This document shows, in pieces, positions 7,572-15,666 of a stretch of DNA of 32,000 nucleotides (position 1 is its first letter; each line of letters opens with the position of its first letter). Below the pieces are notes generated by a model. That model was given only the letters and a program-made list of their open reading frames with translations, made no database searches and was not told the origin of the DNA. This DNA comes from Tannockella kyphosi. Lineage in GTDB: Bacteria > Bacillota_I > Bacilli_A > Erysipelotrichales > Coprobacillaceae. The DNA is taken from the NCBI RefSeq assembly GCF_021054785.1, contig NZ_CP088239.1, positions 420,001 through 452,000 of the forward strand. The letters run 5' to 3'. Both the position numbers and the translations under genes were made by a program.

Positions 7572-8910
7572 TCAGTTTGAATATAAATAAGTTAATGACG
7601 ATAAATAATAAAGATCCCTTACATATCGTAGAAATGGATACTGCCCACCAAACTCCATTTAAACCTAGTGCAGTACTACACAATATCATTGCCATTGGGA
7701 TACGTAATCCAGTACAAACTGTACTAATAATAGCAGGATATGCTGTTTTACCAAAAGCATTCAACGTCCCGGTTGATAATATCTCATAACACATAAATAA
7801 TTGAGAAACACTTAAGATTACTAAATAATCAACACCCATTTGAATTACTTCTGGTTCTGTTAAGAAAATAGAGATAATTGGTTTTGATCCAAAGAATAAT
7901 AATAAACTAGCAAAGATTCCAATAGCACCTAAAATAAGTGCAGATTGATAAAATCCTTTCACAGCCCTTTTTATATTTTTAGCACCATAGTTTTGAGCTA
8001 CAAAACTATTCACTGCAATAGCAAAGCCATCCGCGGTCATCCAAGAAATAGATTCTATTTGAGATCCAATTCTTTGAACTGCAATTGCTTCATCTCCAAA
8101 ACTAGCAACAATTTTAGATAAATAAATAGAAATCAAAGGAAATACAGTATTTTGTAATGTTGTTGGAAATCCTAATTTGATAATTTTTAAACATTTTTCA
8201 CCACTTGGTAAAGAAAACAAATGAACATGATTAAATAAATGTGTATCTTTATATGCATGATAAGCAAGAATACTAAAAACAATAAATTGAGCAGTTACAG
8301 TAGCAATGGCTGCTCCTAAAACACCTAATGTTGGAAAACCAAACCAACCAAATATTAAAATAGGGTCCATAATAATATTAAATACTAAACCAACAGTAGT
8401 AGCCATAAATGGGGTTTTACTATCTCCAGTAGTAGTAATTAATGCTGTTAATAATTTACTTAATAAAGAAAAACAAATAAGTCCACCTGTCACTTGAATA
8501 TAGGCAATAGAATCTAAAATGATATCTTGACTTGATAACTCAAAGAAACCAACTAATGGTTTAGCAAAAAAGAAATACAAACACCCTAATAGAAAACTAA
8601 CTAAAAAACTCAAACAAATAGCGGCATGTGCAAAATCAGCTGCTTCTTTTATCTTTTTAGCTCCTAAGTTTTGTGCAACATAAACTTGACCACCTAATTG
8701 TGCAATCGTATGAATACCTTGGCTCAACCAAATGAATAATCCTCCAGTACCAATACTTGCTATTGCTCCAGCACCTAATTTACCAATCCATACCATATCA
8801 ATCAAATTATAAGCCATTTGTAAAAAGCTCATTCCCATTAAGGGTAATGACAATTTTGTTAAAGAAATGGCAATCGGGCCATTTAATAAATCAACTCTTT
8901 TTTTAGACAT
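7552..8910 (-). CDS. MATE family efflux transporter
   Basis: 452 aa, 12 predicted TM helices. The N-terminus LLNGPI...LPLM...L.Q..YNLIDMVWIGKLG is the MatE signature, and the internal repeat VAQNYGAKN echoes VAQNLGAKK. GAGGAAG RBS. Confidence 0.9.
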   Translation of the reverse strand: MSKKRVDLLNGPIAISLTKLSLPLMGMSFLQMAYNLIDMVWIGKLGAGAIASIGTGGLFIWLSQGIHTIAQLGGQVYVAQNLGAKKIKEAADFAHAAICLSFLVSFLLGCLYFFFAKPLVGFFELSSQDIILDSIAYIQVTGGLICFSLLSKLLTALITTTGDSKTPFMATTVGLVFNIIMDPILIFGWFGFPTLGVLGAAIATVTAQFIVFSILAYHAYKDTHLFNHVHLFSLPSGEKCLKIIKLGFPTTLQNTVFPLISIYLSKIVASFGDEAIAVQRIGSQIESISWMTADGFAIAVNSFVAQNYGAKNIKRAVKGFYQSALILGAIGIFASLLLFFGSKPIISIFLTEPEVIQMGVDYLVILSVSQLFMCYEILSTGTLNAFGKTAYPAIISTVCTGLRIPMAMILCSTALGLNGVWWAVSISTICKGSLLFIVINLFIFKLKKTTIE

Positions 8911-9020
8911 CTTGTACTTCCTCTTTTCATCTCAACTATTATATAGCTAGACTGTTTAAATGTAAATACATTGTTAGAATCAAAGGTTTTATATATTAAA
9001 CAAAAAGTTTAAAAAAACTA

Positions 9021-9048
9021 TTGCTTTTTGTCTAGAAGGAAGTATAAT
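9021..9048 (+). promoter_or_regulatory. Sigma-A type promoter for the XRE-cupin regulator / pot operon
   Basis: TTGCTT (9021-9026), 16-nt spacer, TATAAT (9043-9048). Confidence 0.5.
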
Positions 9049-9105
9049 ATGTTTGTTCGATAAATAAAACAAATAGTTCTATTAATGAAACAAGGAGGAA
9101 GATGT

Positions 9106-9639
9106 ATGGAAATAGGTGCGAAGATAAAACGGTTAAGATTAGCGAATCATTTAACGTTAGAAGAACTTGCAAATCGTAGTGAATTGACAAAAGGTTTTTT
9201 ATCTCAATTAGAAAGAGACTTAACATCCCCTTCGATTACTACATTAGAGTATATTCTAGAAGCCCTTGGTACAAACCTCCAAGAGTTTTTTAATGAAAAG
9301 CAGGAAGAACAAATAGTTTTCAAAAAAGATGACTTTTTTGAAAATGAACAATCAGGATATACAATATCGTATATTGTTCCTAATGCTCAAAAGAATGAAA
9401 TGGAACCAATTTTATTATCGCTTGATTCTGGTGCTACATCGATGGTTTTAGAGCCAGATGACGGACAAGAGTTTGGATATGTTATCCAAGGAAAAGTAAG
9501 TTTAAACTATGGAGAAAAAGTGTTAACTTTGCGTAAAGGGGAAACTTTTTATATTAAAAGTGGTTTAAGACATTTTATAAAAAATACAGGAGATAGTGTG
9601 GCTAAGGTGATCTGGGTATCAACACCACCAATATTTTAA
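9106..9639 (+). CDS. XRE-family HTH transcriptional regulator with a C-terminal cupin domain (PuuR-like)
   Basis: Start moved to ATG 9106, after AGGAGGAAG. The [35 protein letters not shown] is XRE type. The C-terminal G.E.GYV..G......G......GE.FY......H...N pattern is a cupin. Confidence 0.85.
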   Translation: MEIGAKIKRLRLANHLTLEELANRSELTKGFLSQLERDLTSPSITTLEYILEALGTNLQEFFNEKQEEQIVFKKDDFFENEQSGYTISYIVPNAQKNEMEPILLSLDSGATSMVLEPDDGQEFGYVIQGKVSLNYGEKVLTLRKGETFYIKSGLRHFIKNTGDSVAKVIWVSTPPIF

Positions 9640-9650
9640 GGAGAATAACA

Positions 9651-10694
9651 ATGGCAAAATTAATTGAATTAAGTAATCTTACAAAAGAATACGATGGTCA
9701 AGTAGTTTTAAAGGGTATTCATTTAGATATAAATGAAAAGGAATTTGTAACATTACTTGGTCCTAGTGGTTGTGGAAAAACAACGACACTTAGAATTTTA
9801 GGTGGATTTGAAGAAGCGAATAGTGGAACAGTACTTTTTAATGGTCAAGATATGGCAACACTACCACCACATAAAAGAGAATTAAATACAGTATTTCAAA
9901 AATATGCTTTATTTCCACATATGAATGTATTTGATAATATAGCATTTGGTTTAAAAATTAAAAAATTAGATAAACAAACAATTGATTTTAAAGTCAATAG
10001 AATGTTGAAATTAGTAAATCTAGAAGACTATGGGAAAAGACAAATTAATCAACTTTCAGGTGGTCAACAACAACGTGTTGCTATTGCTAGGGCATTAGTT
10101 AATGAACCAAAAGTATTATTATTAGATGAACCTTTAGGAGCATTGGACTTAAAATTAAGAAAGTCAATGCAATTAGAATTAAAAAATATTCAAAAAGAAG
10201 TAGGAATTACTTTTGTATATGTTACACATGATCAAGAAGAAGCATTAACGATGTCAGATACAATTGTAGTAATGAATGAAGGAGCAATTCAACAAATAGG
10301 GTCACCTATTGATATTTATAATGAACCTGAGAATCGTTTTGTAGCACAGTTTATAGGAGATTCAAATATAATTGAAGGTACTTTTGTAAAGGACTTTTTG
10401 GTGAATTTTGATGATGTTAATTTTGAATGTGTTGATAAAGGATTTGATGAAGGACAAGAGATAGATATTGTTATTCGTCCTGAAGATATTGATATTGTAG
10501 AAGTGGGTAAAGGGAAAATAAGAGGAGTAGTATCTTCTATTGTATTTAAGGGAGTACATTATGAAATAATGGTTACTTCTAATATTCGTGAATATAAAAT
10601 ACATACAACAGACATAAGTGAACTAGGGAAAACAGTAGAATTAGATTTCTGGCCAGAGGATATCCATGTAATGGATAAATTAGGAATGTATTAA
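9651..10694 (+). CDS. potA: Spermidine/putrescine ABC transporter, ATP-binding protein
   Basis: Walker [10 protein letters not shown], signature LSGGQQQRV, Walker B LLLDEP, and the C-terminal TOBE-like domain typical of PotA. Confidence 0.93.
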   Translation: MAKLIELSNLTKEYDGQVVLKGIHLDINEKEFVTLLGPSGCGKTTTLRILGGFEEANSGTVLFNGQDMATLPPHKRELNTVFQKYALFPHMNVFDNIAFGLKIKKLDKQTIDFKVNRMLKLVNLEDYGKRQINQLSGGQQQRVAIARALVNEPKVLLLDEPLGALDLKLRKSMQLELKNIQKEVGITFVYVTHDQEEALTMSDTIVVMNEGAIQQIGSPIDIYNEPENRFVAQFIGDSNIIEGTFVKDFLVNFDDVNFECVDKGFDEGQEIDIVIRPEDIDIVEVGKGKIRGVVSSIVFKGVHYEIMVTSNIREYKIHTTDISELGKTVELDFWPEDIHVMDKLGMY

Positions 10695-11536
10695 TGAAAC
10701 ATTTTAAAAAATTAATAGGTCCTTATTGTTTTTGGTTGTTTGTATTAACATTTGTTCCAATGTTACTTATTCTATTTTATGCATGTGTAGAACAAGGGAC
10801 TGCAATTACTACATTTTCGTTTACGTTAGATAATTTTGCAAAGTTTTTTGATCCTGTTTTTGTAGCTGTTTTGGTTCGTTCTTTTTTTATTGGAATTGTT
10901 ACTACGGTTATTTGTTTGTTAATAGGCTATCCAGTAGCTTATGCTATTACTAAGTTTAAAGAGTCAACACAAACAATACTTATTTTGTTGATTACTTTTC
11001 CGACTTGGATTAATTTATTGATGAGAACTTATGCTTGGATTAGTTTGCTTAGTAAAAAAGGTATTATTAATAGTTTTCTTGCAAGTTTAGGTTTACCGGT
11101 ATTTGATTTGTTATATACGGATTTTGCAGTTGGTATTGGGATGGTTTATAATTTTTTACCATTTATGATTTTACCTATTTATACTGTTTTATCAAAAATG
11201 GATCATTCTTTATTGGAGGCTAGTAATGATTTAGGGGCTAGTCCAATGGCTACTTTTCGAAAAATTACGTTACCTTTATCTTTTAGTGGGGTGTTGACGG
11301 GGATTACCATGGTTTTTTTACCGGCTATTTCATCGTTCATTATTCCTAAGTTATTAGGTGGAGGACAATATACTTTGATTGGAAGTTTTATAGAAACACA
11401 ATTTATTACAATTGGGAATTGGCACTTTGGTAGTGCGATATCTTTGATATTGGCTTCATTGGTAATTCTTGCAATGGCTTTGATGCATAGATTAGAAAAA
11501 TATGCGGATAGTTCTGTTGCTGGGGAGGATCGATAA
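10694..11536 (+). CDS. potB: Spermidine/putrescine ABC transporter permease
   Basis: BPD-type permease with the EAA loop (LEASNDLGASPMATFRKITLP). Start overlaps the potA stop (TAATG). Confidence 0.9.
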   Translation: MKHFKKLIGPYCFWLFVLTFVPMLLILFYACVEQGTAITTFSFTLDNFAKFFDPVFVAVLVRSFFIGIVTTVICLLIGYPVAYAITKFKESTQTILILLITFPTWINLLMRTYAWISLLSKKGIINSFLASLGLPVFDLLYTDFAVGIGMVYNFLPFMILPIYTVLSKMDHSLLEASNDLGASPMATFRKITLPLSFSGVLTGITMVFLPAISSFIIPKLLGGGQYTLIGSFIETQFITIGNWHFGSAISLILASLVILAMALMHRLEKYADSSVAGEDR

Positions 11537-12345
11537 TGAAAAAATCAAAAAAAATACCTAGTATTGCATTAATTAGTGCATTGATTTTCTTTTTATATTT
11601 GCCACTTGTTATTATGGCTATCTTTTCTTTTAATGATTCTACTTCTTTATCTGTTTGGGAAGGATTCTCATTTTGTTGGTATGCTGATTTAATTGATAAT
11701 TCTAGCATGATCGATGCAATTAAAGTTTCTTTATCAGTAGGCATCATTGCTACTTTTGTTTCTGTAGTATTAGGAACTATGACAGCAATTGGTTTATCAA
11801 AGAATAAAAAGGTAGTACGTAGTATGCTTTTACAAGCAAATAATATTCCTATTATGAATCCTGAAATTGTTACAGCAGTTTCATTAATGATATTCTTTTC
11901 CTTTTTAGGAATGGAAAAAGGTTATACGACTTTACTTTTAGCACATATTGCTTTTTGTACACCGGTTGTTATAACGAATGTTTATCCAAAAGTAAAGCAG
12001 TTAGACCCTAATTTAGCGGATGCTGCAATGGATTTAGGCGCTAGCCCATTTCAAGCTCTTATTAAGGTAATTATTCCACAAATTAAGCCAGGGATTTTTA
12101 CGGGAGCTTTAATGTCTTTTACAATGTCGTTTGATGATTTCATTATTTCGTACTTTGTGACAGGAAATGGGGTTGAAAATATATCGATTGTTATTTATAA
12201 CATGACAAAAAGAACAAATCCTAGCGTGTATGCATTATCAACAATTGTATTAGTTGTTGTCTTGTGTGCTGTTCTTATTGGAACAATTGTTCCAATGATG
12301 GTAAAAAAGAGAAGGAGATTAGTTAGAAATGAACAAAATGTTTAA
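11536..12345 (+). CDS. potC: Spermidine/putrescine ABC transporter permease
   Basis: Second BPD permease with the EAA loop (ADAAMDLGASPFQALIKVIIP). ATG overlaps the potB stop. Confidence 0.9.
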   Translation: MKKSKKIPSIALISALIFFLYLPLVIMAIFSFNDSTSLSVWEGFSFCWYADLIDNSSMIDAIKVSLSVGIIATFVSVVLGTMTAIGLSKNKKVVRSMLLQANNIPIMNPEIVTAVSLMIFFSFLGMEKGYTTLLLAHIAFCTPVVITNVYPKVKQLDPNLADAAMDLGASPFQALIKVIIPQIKPGIFTGALMSFTMSFDDFIISYFVTGNGVENISIVIYNMTKRTNPSVYALSTIVLVVVLCAVLIGTIVPMMVKKRRRLVRNEQNV

Positions 12346-13378
12346 AATGTTTTTAGCGAGCTTACTAGTAGTTGGGCTTACAGGTTGTGGAAGTAGTGAT
12401 AGCGACAAAGAAACTTTAAAAGTATTTAACTGGGGAGAATACATTGATGAAGATGTCTTAGATGCTTTTGAAGAGGAATATGATTGTAACATTATTTATG
12501 AAACATTTGATACAAATGAATCAATGTATGTTAAATTACAAGGTGGTAATTCTTATGATGTAATGATTCCATCAGAATATATGATTGAGAAATTAATTGA
12601 AGAAGATTTGATTCAAGAAATTGATATGTCTTTAATGACAAATTTAGATGGATTAAACCAAGATGTTTTATATCAAGATTTTGATCCTGAAAATGTATAT
12701 TGGGTTCCTTATTTCTGTGGAAATGTAGGAATTGTTTATGATACTACAATTGTGGATCAAGAGGATGTAGAAGAAGGTTGGAGTCTTTTAATGAATGAAA
12801 AATATGCAGGAAACATTTATATGTATAACTCTGTAAGAGATTCATTTATTCCAGCATTAAAATCATTAGGATATTCTATGAATAGTACGGATGAGACTGA
12901 AATTGCAGAAGCAGCACAATGGTTGATAGACCAACGTGAAATAATGGATCCTGTATATGTTGGGGATGAAGTTATTGATAGTATGATTCGTGGTGAAAAA
13001 GCAATTGCTGTATTATATTCAGGAGATGCAGCAACGGTATTGGCTGAAAATGAAGATATGGCATTCTATTTACCAGAAGAAGAAGGAACTAACTATTGGT
13101 TTGATGGTATGGTTTTATCAAAAGATTGCGAAAATGTAGAATTAGCTACTGCATTTATGAATTATATGATTAGTGATGAAGTTGCATTATTAAATACATT
13201 GGAAGTAGGTTACTATAGTACAAATGTATATGCTGCAAGCGTAGCGTCACAAGATGAATTTGTTGGAAATGATGCATATTCTTTCGTGATTGGTGAAAAT
13301 GATGAGTGTTTTGCTTATCAAAGCCAAGAAATAATTGAATTATATAGTAGTTATTGGGAAAAAATATTAACTCAATAA
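12329..13378 (+). CDS. potD: Spermidine/putrescine-binding lipoprotein
   Basis: Lipobox LTGCGS. PotD-like blocks (LKVFNWGEYI, YDVMIPSEYM, WVPYFCG, NYWFDGM). Confidence 0.9.
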   Translation: MNKMFKMFLASLLVVGLTGCGSSDSDKETLKVFNWGEYIDEDVLDAFEEEYDCNIIYETFDTNESMYVKLQGGNSYDVMIPSEYMIEKLIEEDLIQEIDMSLMTNLDGLNQDVLYQDFDPENVYWVPYFCGNVGIVYDTTIVDQEDVEEGWSLLMNEKYAGNIYMYNSVRDSFIPALKSLGYSMNSTDETEIAEAAQWLIDQREIMDPVYVGDEVIDSMIRGEKAIAVLYSGDAATVLAENEDMAFYLPEEEGTNYWFDGMVLSKDCENVELATAFMNYMISDEVALLNTLEVGYYSTNVYAASVASQDEFVGNDAYSFVIGENDECFAYQSQEIIELYSSYWEKILTQ

Positions 13379-13410
13379 TAAAAAAAGCAACTGAAAAGTT
13401 GTTTTTTTTA
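13379..13410 (+). terminator. Rho-independent terminator after potD
   Basis: AAAAAAGCAAC-TGAAAA-GTTGTTTTTTTT; a short AT-rich stem plus a T8 run. Confidence 0.5.
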
Positions 13411-13419
13411 TTATTTTAT

Positions 13420-13456
13420 GTCGTTTGTGATAAAAAAACGTCGTTTGTGATAAAAA
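13420..13456 (+). repeat. Perfect 17-bp direct repeat GTCGTTTGTGATAAAAA x2 with a 20-bp period; candidate LytTR operator
   Basis: Copies at 13420-13436 and 13440-13456. The second copy overlaps a weak -35 (GTGATA 13447-13452), 17 nt from TAAAAT (13470-13475). It lies about 100 nt upstream of the LytTR regulator ATG. Confidence 0.9.
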
Positions 13457-13552
13457 GTGGAATTTATACTAAAATAGTAGTATTATGATAAATAACGTTC
13501 AGTTTGTGTGGTATTGAATTGAATGGAATTTAAAAAATATGGGGAGGATTAT

Positions 13553-14260
13553 ATGCGTATATTAATGATAGACGATGATCGAAGTTTTTTAGATAAATTA
13601 GAACCGATGGTTATCTCTGCTTTTAAGACAATTATTTCAAATGTAAGTGTTAGTACTATTAGTACACAATTTTCAGATAATATTAATATTGATGATTTTG
13701 ATATATTTTTAATTGATATTCATTTAAATGATTCTCATACAAATGGTCTGAAGATTGCTTCTAGAATACGTCAAGTTAGTGAAGAAAAAATTATTGTTTT
13801 TATTTCTAGTAAGACAGGGTTAATGCATCGATCATTAGAGGTACAACCATTATATTTTGTTAGAAAAGCGCATTTAGAAGCAGATTTAGATAAGTTGGTA
13901 TTAATAGTAAATAGAAGATTAAGTAAAAAATTTATGATGACAGTATTTGATTATAATGGAAGAAGAATGTCTTTGTTTCATAATGATGTATTATATGCGG
14001 AGTCGTTTGGACATCATATTGTATTACATACAGTAAGTGGTGAGTTAGATTTTAGGATGAGTTTTTTAGATTTCTTTGAAAAGTTTCCAGAAATTAATTT
14101 TTTACAGATTCATAAATCATATGCTATTAATTTAGATAAGGTAGTAAAACTGCAAAAACAAACAGTGGTTTTGGATAAAGATATTACGCTGACAGTAGGT
14201 AGAAAATATGCAATTGAGTTAGAGGAAAAGTACAAAGAAGATTTGTTTAAAAAATTATAA
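13553..14260 (+). CDS. LytR/AlgR (LytTR) family response regulator, with no adjacent histidine kinase
   Basis: Start moved to ATG 13553, after GGGGAGG. The receiver begins MRILMIDDD, with the phospho-acceptor context IFLIDIHL and a later FISSKT. The C-terminal LytTR domain contains VLYAES....V.LHT and FLQIHKSYAINLDKV. Confidence 0.85.
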   Translation: MRILMIDDDRSFLDKLEPMVISAFKTIISNVSVSTISTQFSDNINIDDFDIFLIDIHLNDSHTNGLKIASRIRQVSEEKIIVFISSKTGLMHRSLEVQPLYFVRKAHLEADLDKLVLIVNRRLSKKFMMTVFDYNGRRMSLFHNDVLYAESFGHHIVLHTVSGELDFRMSFLDFFEKFPEINFLQIHKSYAINLDKVVKLQKQTVVLDKDITLTVGRKYAIELEEKYKEDLFKKL

Positions 14261-14331
14261 TTTTTTTCTTAAGAAAAACAATGCTATAGCTACAAAAAGC
14301 AAAAATCGTATAAAAAACATAGAAATAATAA

Positions 14332-14360
14332 TTGCAATGCAAGTAAAGATATGATATTAT
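14332..14360 (+). promoter_or_regulatory. Upstream promoter (P1) of the tRNA operon
   Basis: TTGCAA (14332-14337), 17-nt spacer, extended -10 TGATATTAT (14352-14360). Confidence 0.55.
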
Positions 14361-14432
14361 AAACTAGCTGAAACAAGCCACTATCTGGTTAAAGTTTATA
14401 GCAAAAAAACAGTTTAATAATTCAAAATATAC

Positions 14433-14461
14433 TTGCATTTATTATTTCGTTAGTTTATAAT
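14433..14461 (+). promoter_or_regulatory. Proximal promoter (P2) of the tRNA operon
   Basis: TTGCAT (14433-14438), 17-nt spacer, consensus TATAAT (14456-14461). It sits 30 nt upstream of tRNA-Cys. Confidence 0.7.
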
Positions 14462-14490
14462 AAATAAGCAACGTGTTAGAAGATAATGAT

Positions 14491-14565
14491 GGTTCCATGG
14501 CCAAGTTGGTAAGGCTACAGACTGCAACTCTGTCATCATCGGTTCGAGTCCGGTTGGAACCTCCA
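14491..14565 (+). tRNA. tRNA-Cys: tRNA-Cys (anticodon GCA)
   Basis: Acceptor GGTTCCA/TGGAACC, anticodon loop CTGCAAC, T-arm GGTTCGAGTCC, discriminator T, encoded CCA. Confidence 0.92.
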
Positions 14566-14570
14566 ATGTT

Positions 14571-14659
14571 GCCCAGGTGGCGAAACTGGTAGACGCACAG
14601 GACTTAAAATCCTGCGGACCTTAAAATCCGTGCCGGTTCGATTCCGGCCCTGGGCACCA
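14571..14659 (+). tRNA. tRNA-Leu: tRNA-Leu (anticodon TAA)
   Basis: Acceptor GCCCAGG/CCTGGGC, anticodon loop CTTAAAA, long variable arm, T-arm GGTTCGATTCC, encoded CCA. Confidence 0.92.
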
Positions 14660-14695
14660 TTTAAAATTATGAAATCAAAAAAGTTTAAAAAGTTC

Positions 14696-14724
14696 TTGCA
14701 ATGGTTATACGGCTGTGATAAGAT
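14696..14724 (+). promoter_or_regulatory. Internal promoter in the Leu-Arg spacer of the tRNA operon
   Basis: TTGCAA (14696-14701), 17-nt spacer, extended -10 TGATAAGAT (14716-14724), inside the unusually long 89-nt spacer. Confidence 0.55.
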
Positions 14725-14748
14725 GATTAAGCGTTCCGGTTTCAACTT

Positions 14749-14825
14749 GCGCTAGTAGCTCAACTGGATAGAGTGCTTGACTACGGATCAAGAGGTTGTG
14801 GGTTCGATTCCTGCCTAGCGCGCCA
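14749..14825 (+). tRNA. tRNA-Arg: tRNA-Arg (anticodon ACG)
   Basis: Acceptor GCGCTAG/CTAGCGC, anticodon loop CTACGGA, T-arm GGTTCGATTCC, encoded CCA. Confidence 0.92.
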
Positions 14826-14834
14826 ATTATATTT

Positions 14835-14911
14835 CGGGAAGTAGCACAGCTTGGTAGTGCACCTGGTTTGGGACCAGGGGGTCGCAGGTTCAAATCCTGT
14901 CTTCCCGACCA
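14835..14911 (+). tRNA. tRNA-Pro: tRNA-Pro (anticodon TGG)
   Basis: Acceptor CGGGAAG/CTTCCCG, anticodon loop TTTGGGA, T-arm GGTTCAAATCC, encoded CCA. Confidence 0.92.
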
Positions 14912-14933
14912 TTTAAAATTTATACCAAGTAAT

Positions 14934-15009
14934 GGGGCCTTAGCTCAGCTGGGAGAGCACCTGCCTTGCACGCAGGGGGTCAGCGGTTCGATCCCGCTAG
15001 GCTCCACCA
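14934..15009 (+). tRNA. tRNA-Ala: tRNA-Ala (anticodon TGC)
   Basis: GGGGCCTTAGCTCAGCTGGGAGAGC with the G3:U70 identity pair, anticodon loop CTTGCAC, encoded CCA. Confidence 0.93.
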
Positions 15010-15031
15010 TTATTAATGTTTACGCCATGAT

Positions 15032-15108
15032 GGCGGGGTAGCTCAGTTGGCTAGAGCAATCGGTTCATACCCGGTCGGTCGGGGGTTCGAATCCCTTCCC
15101 CGCTACCA
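15032..15108 (+). tRNA. tRNA-Met: tRNA-Met, elongator (anticodon CAT)
   Basis: GGCGGGGTAGCTCAGTTGGCTAGAGC, anticodon loop TTCATAC. The body resembles the Bacillus elongator tRNA-Met (from memory). Encoded CCA. Confidence 0.85.
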
Positions 15109-15146
15109 ATTTTTTAAAAGGTGCCCCAGGTACGAAACAACAACAA

Positions 15147-15223
15147 GGACCCTTAGCTCAGTTGGTTAGAGCTACCGGCTCATAACCGGTCGGTCGTTGG
15201 TTCGAGTCCAACAGGGTCCACCA
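15147..15223 (+). tRNA. tRNA-Ile: tRNA-Ile2 (anticodon CAT, lysidine-dependent); assignment over Met is by body similarity
   Basis: The GGACCCTTAGCTCAGTTGGTTAGAGC body and CTCATAA loop resemble Bacillus tRNA-Ile2(CAU) as I recall it. Encoded CCA. The tRNA call is solid; the isotype is less so. Confidence 0.75.
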
Positions 15224-15235
15224 ATTTAATATCGC

Positions 15236-15328
15236 GGAGGTTTACCCAAGCCCGGCTGAAGGGATCGGTCTTGAAAACCGACAGGGGATGAAAGTCCCGC
15301 GGGGGTTCGAATCCCTCAACCTCCGCCA
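15236..15328 (+). tRNA. tRNA-Ser: tRNA-Ser (anticodon TGA)
   Basis: Acceptor GGAGGTT/AACCTCC, anticodon loop CTTGAAA, long variable arm, T-arm GGTTCGAATCC, discriminator G, encoded CCA. Confidence 0.92.
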
Positions 15329-15360
15329 TTTTTAAAAAAGTAAATAGAGTATTATATTAT

Positions 15361-15437
<77 letters not shown>

Positions 15438-15441
15438 TTAT

Positions 15442-15518
15442 GGTCTGGTAGTTCAGTTGGTTAGAATGCCGCCCTGTCACGGCGGAGGTCGCGGGTTCGA
15501 GTCCCGTCCAGACCGCCA
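15442..15518 (+). tRNA. tRNA-Asp: tRNA-Asp (anticodon GTC)
   Basis: Acceptor GGTCTGG/CCAGACC, anticodon loop CTGTCAC, T-arm GGTTCGAGTCC, encoded CCA. Confidence 0.92.
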
Positions 15519-15522
15519 TAAT

Positions 15523-15598
15523 GGCTCCATAGCTCAGTCGGTAGAGCAGAGGATTGAAAATCCTCGTGTCGCTGGTTCGATTCCGGCTGGAGCCACCA
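15523..15598 (+). tRNA. tRNA-Phe: tRNA-Phe (anticodon GAA)
   Basis: GGCTCCATAGCTCAGTCGGTAGAGC, anticodon loop TTGAAAA, T-arm GGTTCGATTCC, encoded CCA. Confidence 0.92.
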
Positions 15599-15605
15599 TT
15601 TAATT

Positions 15606-15628
15606 GTATCGTTTGATACTTTTTTTTT
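15606..15628 (+). terminator. Terminator of the tRNA operon
   Basis: GTATC-GTTT-GATAC followed by T9. Confidence 0.65.
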
Positions 15629-15644
15629 ACAAAAAAATAGTTAG

Positions 15645-15666
15645 AAAAAGACTGGATATCCAGCCT
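15645..15666 (-). terminator. Terminator of glmS
   Basis: On the minus strand: GGCTGG-ATAT-CCAGTC followed by TTTTTCT, immediately after the glmS stop. Confidence 0.6.

Noticed and set aside
9052-9073. Inverted repeat TTTGTT-N10-AACAAA just downstream of the -10 of the XRE regulator promoter, as a possible operator.
   Set aside because: The arms are only 6 bp and purely A/T-plus-G. That is too short to tell from background without conservation data. It may deserve a look only if the regulator is studied.
7577-11747. Antisense or out-of-frame ORFs inside the MATE gene (7577-7789, 8306-8497), the divergent promoter region (9032-9226 -), potA (10362-10604 -) and potB/potC (11406-11747 -).
   Set aside because: They overlap well-supported genes. 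The translations are low-complexity (Ile/Asn/Phe/Tyr-rich), as expected from AT-rich antisense frames. No RBS.
13420-13456. Whether the 17-bp repeat pair could be a CRISPR remnant, or whether the 10-codon ORF MSFVIKKRRL* (13419-13451) spanning it is real.
   Set aside because: There are only two copies, with a 3-nt spacer and no cas genes, so this is not CRISPR. The mini-ORF has no RBS and is simply the repeat read in frame.
14261-14285. Palindrome TTTTTCTTAAGAAAAA after the LytTR gene as a terminator.
   Set aside because: It has no loop and only A/T pairs, so it is thermodynamically negligible. It may merely be AT-rich symmetry.
14536-15041. Three ORFs (14536-14745 -, 14705-14893 -, 14796-15041 +) of 62-81 aa.
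   Set aside because: They run straight through tRNA genes, whose GC-rich structured sequence is free of stops. The Pro/Gly/Arg-rich translations are artefacts.
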